DNA of 64,000 bases, taken from positions 31,492 to 95,491 of the forward strand of contig CAMKDV010000008.1 of NCBI GenBank assembly GCA_946411385.1, given 5' to 3'. Position numbers and translations under genes: made by a program. Shown here in pieces: positions 63,570-64,000 of this stretch. This DNA comes from an uncultured Bacteroidales bacterium (lineage in GTDB: Bacteria; Bacteroidota; Bacteroidia; Bacteroidales; Paludibacteraceae). Below the pieces are notes generated by a model that was not told where the DNA came from, did not search any database, and saw nothing but the letters and a program-made list of their open reading frames with translations. Each line of letters begins with the position of its first letter. Positions within the stretch are counted from its first letter, which is position 1.

Positions 63570-64000
63570 AAGTCGTAGGCTTTGAGTAATAACTGTATTC
63601 GCTTGGTTAGTATCGGACTATTAATCCGTTCCGTGTACTCTATCAGTCGTTCTTTGTTCAACTCGTCGCGCATCCAATCTTCGTCGAAGCGCAGTTCACG
63701 CATCTCGTCAATCGTCGAATATTGCGGATAGAGGTAGAGCAGGTCGATGATGGCCTTTTCGGGAGTAGCCATCATATATTGCTTGCCGTCGCGCATTGTT
63801 TTTGGCTCGAAGCCCCAGAAGAGTCGCGGACGAATGGTCTGGTAACTGAACTGACCGAAGGCATTTTCATAACGGCAAGTCTTTTGTGTCGTTACACTCG
63901 TCATTTCGATGACAGATTCCGGAATGATGCCATAGAACGATAGCGTGGTGTGCAGACTAATGTACGAGGGTGCACACATCTTCCCGGCTACATATCGCGC
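63566..64000 (-). CDS. AbiEi-family antitoxin (C-terminal part; N-terminus beyond the window)
   Basis: The frame stays open upstream of the track ATG (63979) to the window edge. PSYISLHTTLSFYGIIPESVIEMTSVTT...FSYQTIRPRLFWGF is typical of the AbiEi C-terminal domain. Confidence 0.75.
   Translation of the reverse strand, partial: ARYVAGKMCAPSYISLHTTLSFYGIIPESVIEMTSVTTQKTCRYENAFGQFSYQTIRPRLFWGFEPKTMRDGKQYMMATPEKAIIDLLYLYPQYSTIDEMRELRFDEDWMRDELNKERLIEYTERINSPILTKRIQLLLKAYDL

Noticed and set aside
1-64000. tRNA, rRNA, tmRNA, prophage, integrase or conjugation genes.
   Set aside because: I found no cloverleaf-like T-arm/acceptor patterns or rRNA-like stretches in the intergenic regions, and no ORF with integrase, capsid or relaxase motifs. 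Absence is by eye only and should be confirmed with tRNAscan or Infernal.

Overview
This 64-kb chromosomal segment reads as Bacteroidota, probably Bacteroidales and Prevotellaceae-like. The taxon call is an inference from -33 TTTG / -7 TAnnTTTG promoters, A-rich leaders without Shine-Dalgarno sequences, gene content and many exported proteins. I support 45 protein genes at high coding density, two of them truncated by the window edges. I could not recognise any rRNA, tRNA or CRISPR array by eye.

The backbone is housekeeping: lptB, xth, mlaEF-like, radA, rnz, a DnaQ-like exonuclease, dnaN, murI, fabF-acpP, gdhA, pckA, a type-2 aspS, a CoA-transferase, fba, trmO and rpiB.

Interspersed are exported proteins:
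- two tandem M6-like metalloproteases
- a 2398-aa modular surface protein with a 486-aa partner
- an OmpA-family protein
- a GH13 amylase
- an M16 peptidase
- two DUF4832-like hydrolases
- a porin-like barrel
- a signal-peptide-bearing TPR-CHAT protease

Most interesting content:
1. A RAYT-type HUH transposase (19.4-20.6 kb) sits inside a nest of REP-like hairpins, with further copies inside its own coding sequence. A 7-copy tandem array of a related hairpin lies directly upstream of pckA (35.7-35.9 kb).
2. A low-GC two-gene cassette (60.8-62.8 kb) is bracketed by perfect 38-bp direct repeats. It splits an ancestral abiEii/GAF gene junction, next to an AbiEi/AbiEii pair at the right edge.
3. 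The secreted TPR-CHAT protease is followed by an uncharacterised exported 408-aa protein.
4. There are several layers of short-period non-coding structure:
   - 7-nt periodic purine/A-rich arrays at gene junctions, plus one AAATG-periodic in-frame insertion in murI
   - 11-bp phased arrays in large intergenic gaps
   - twin terminator hairpins with phased TTTTGGR elements
   - a near-identical 36-nt promoter cassette used at two loci
5. A roughly 25-aa C-terminal motif is shared by six exported proteins.

All family assignments come from reading the translated ORFs by eye. No database search was run.
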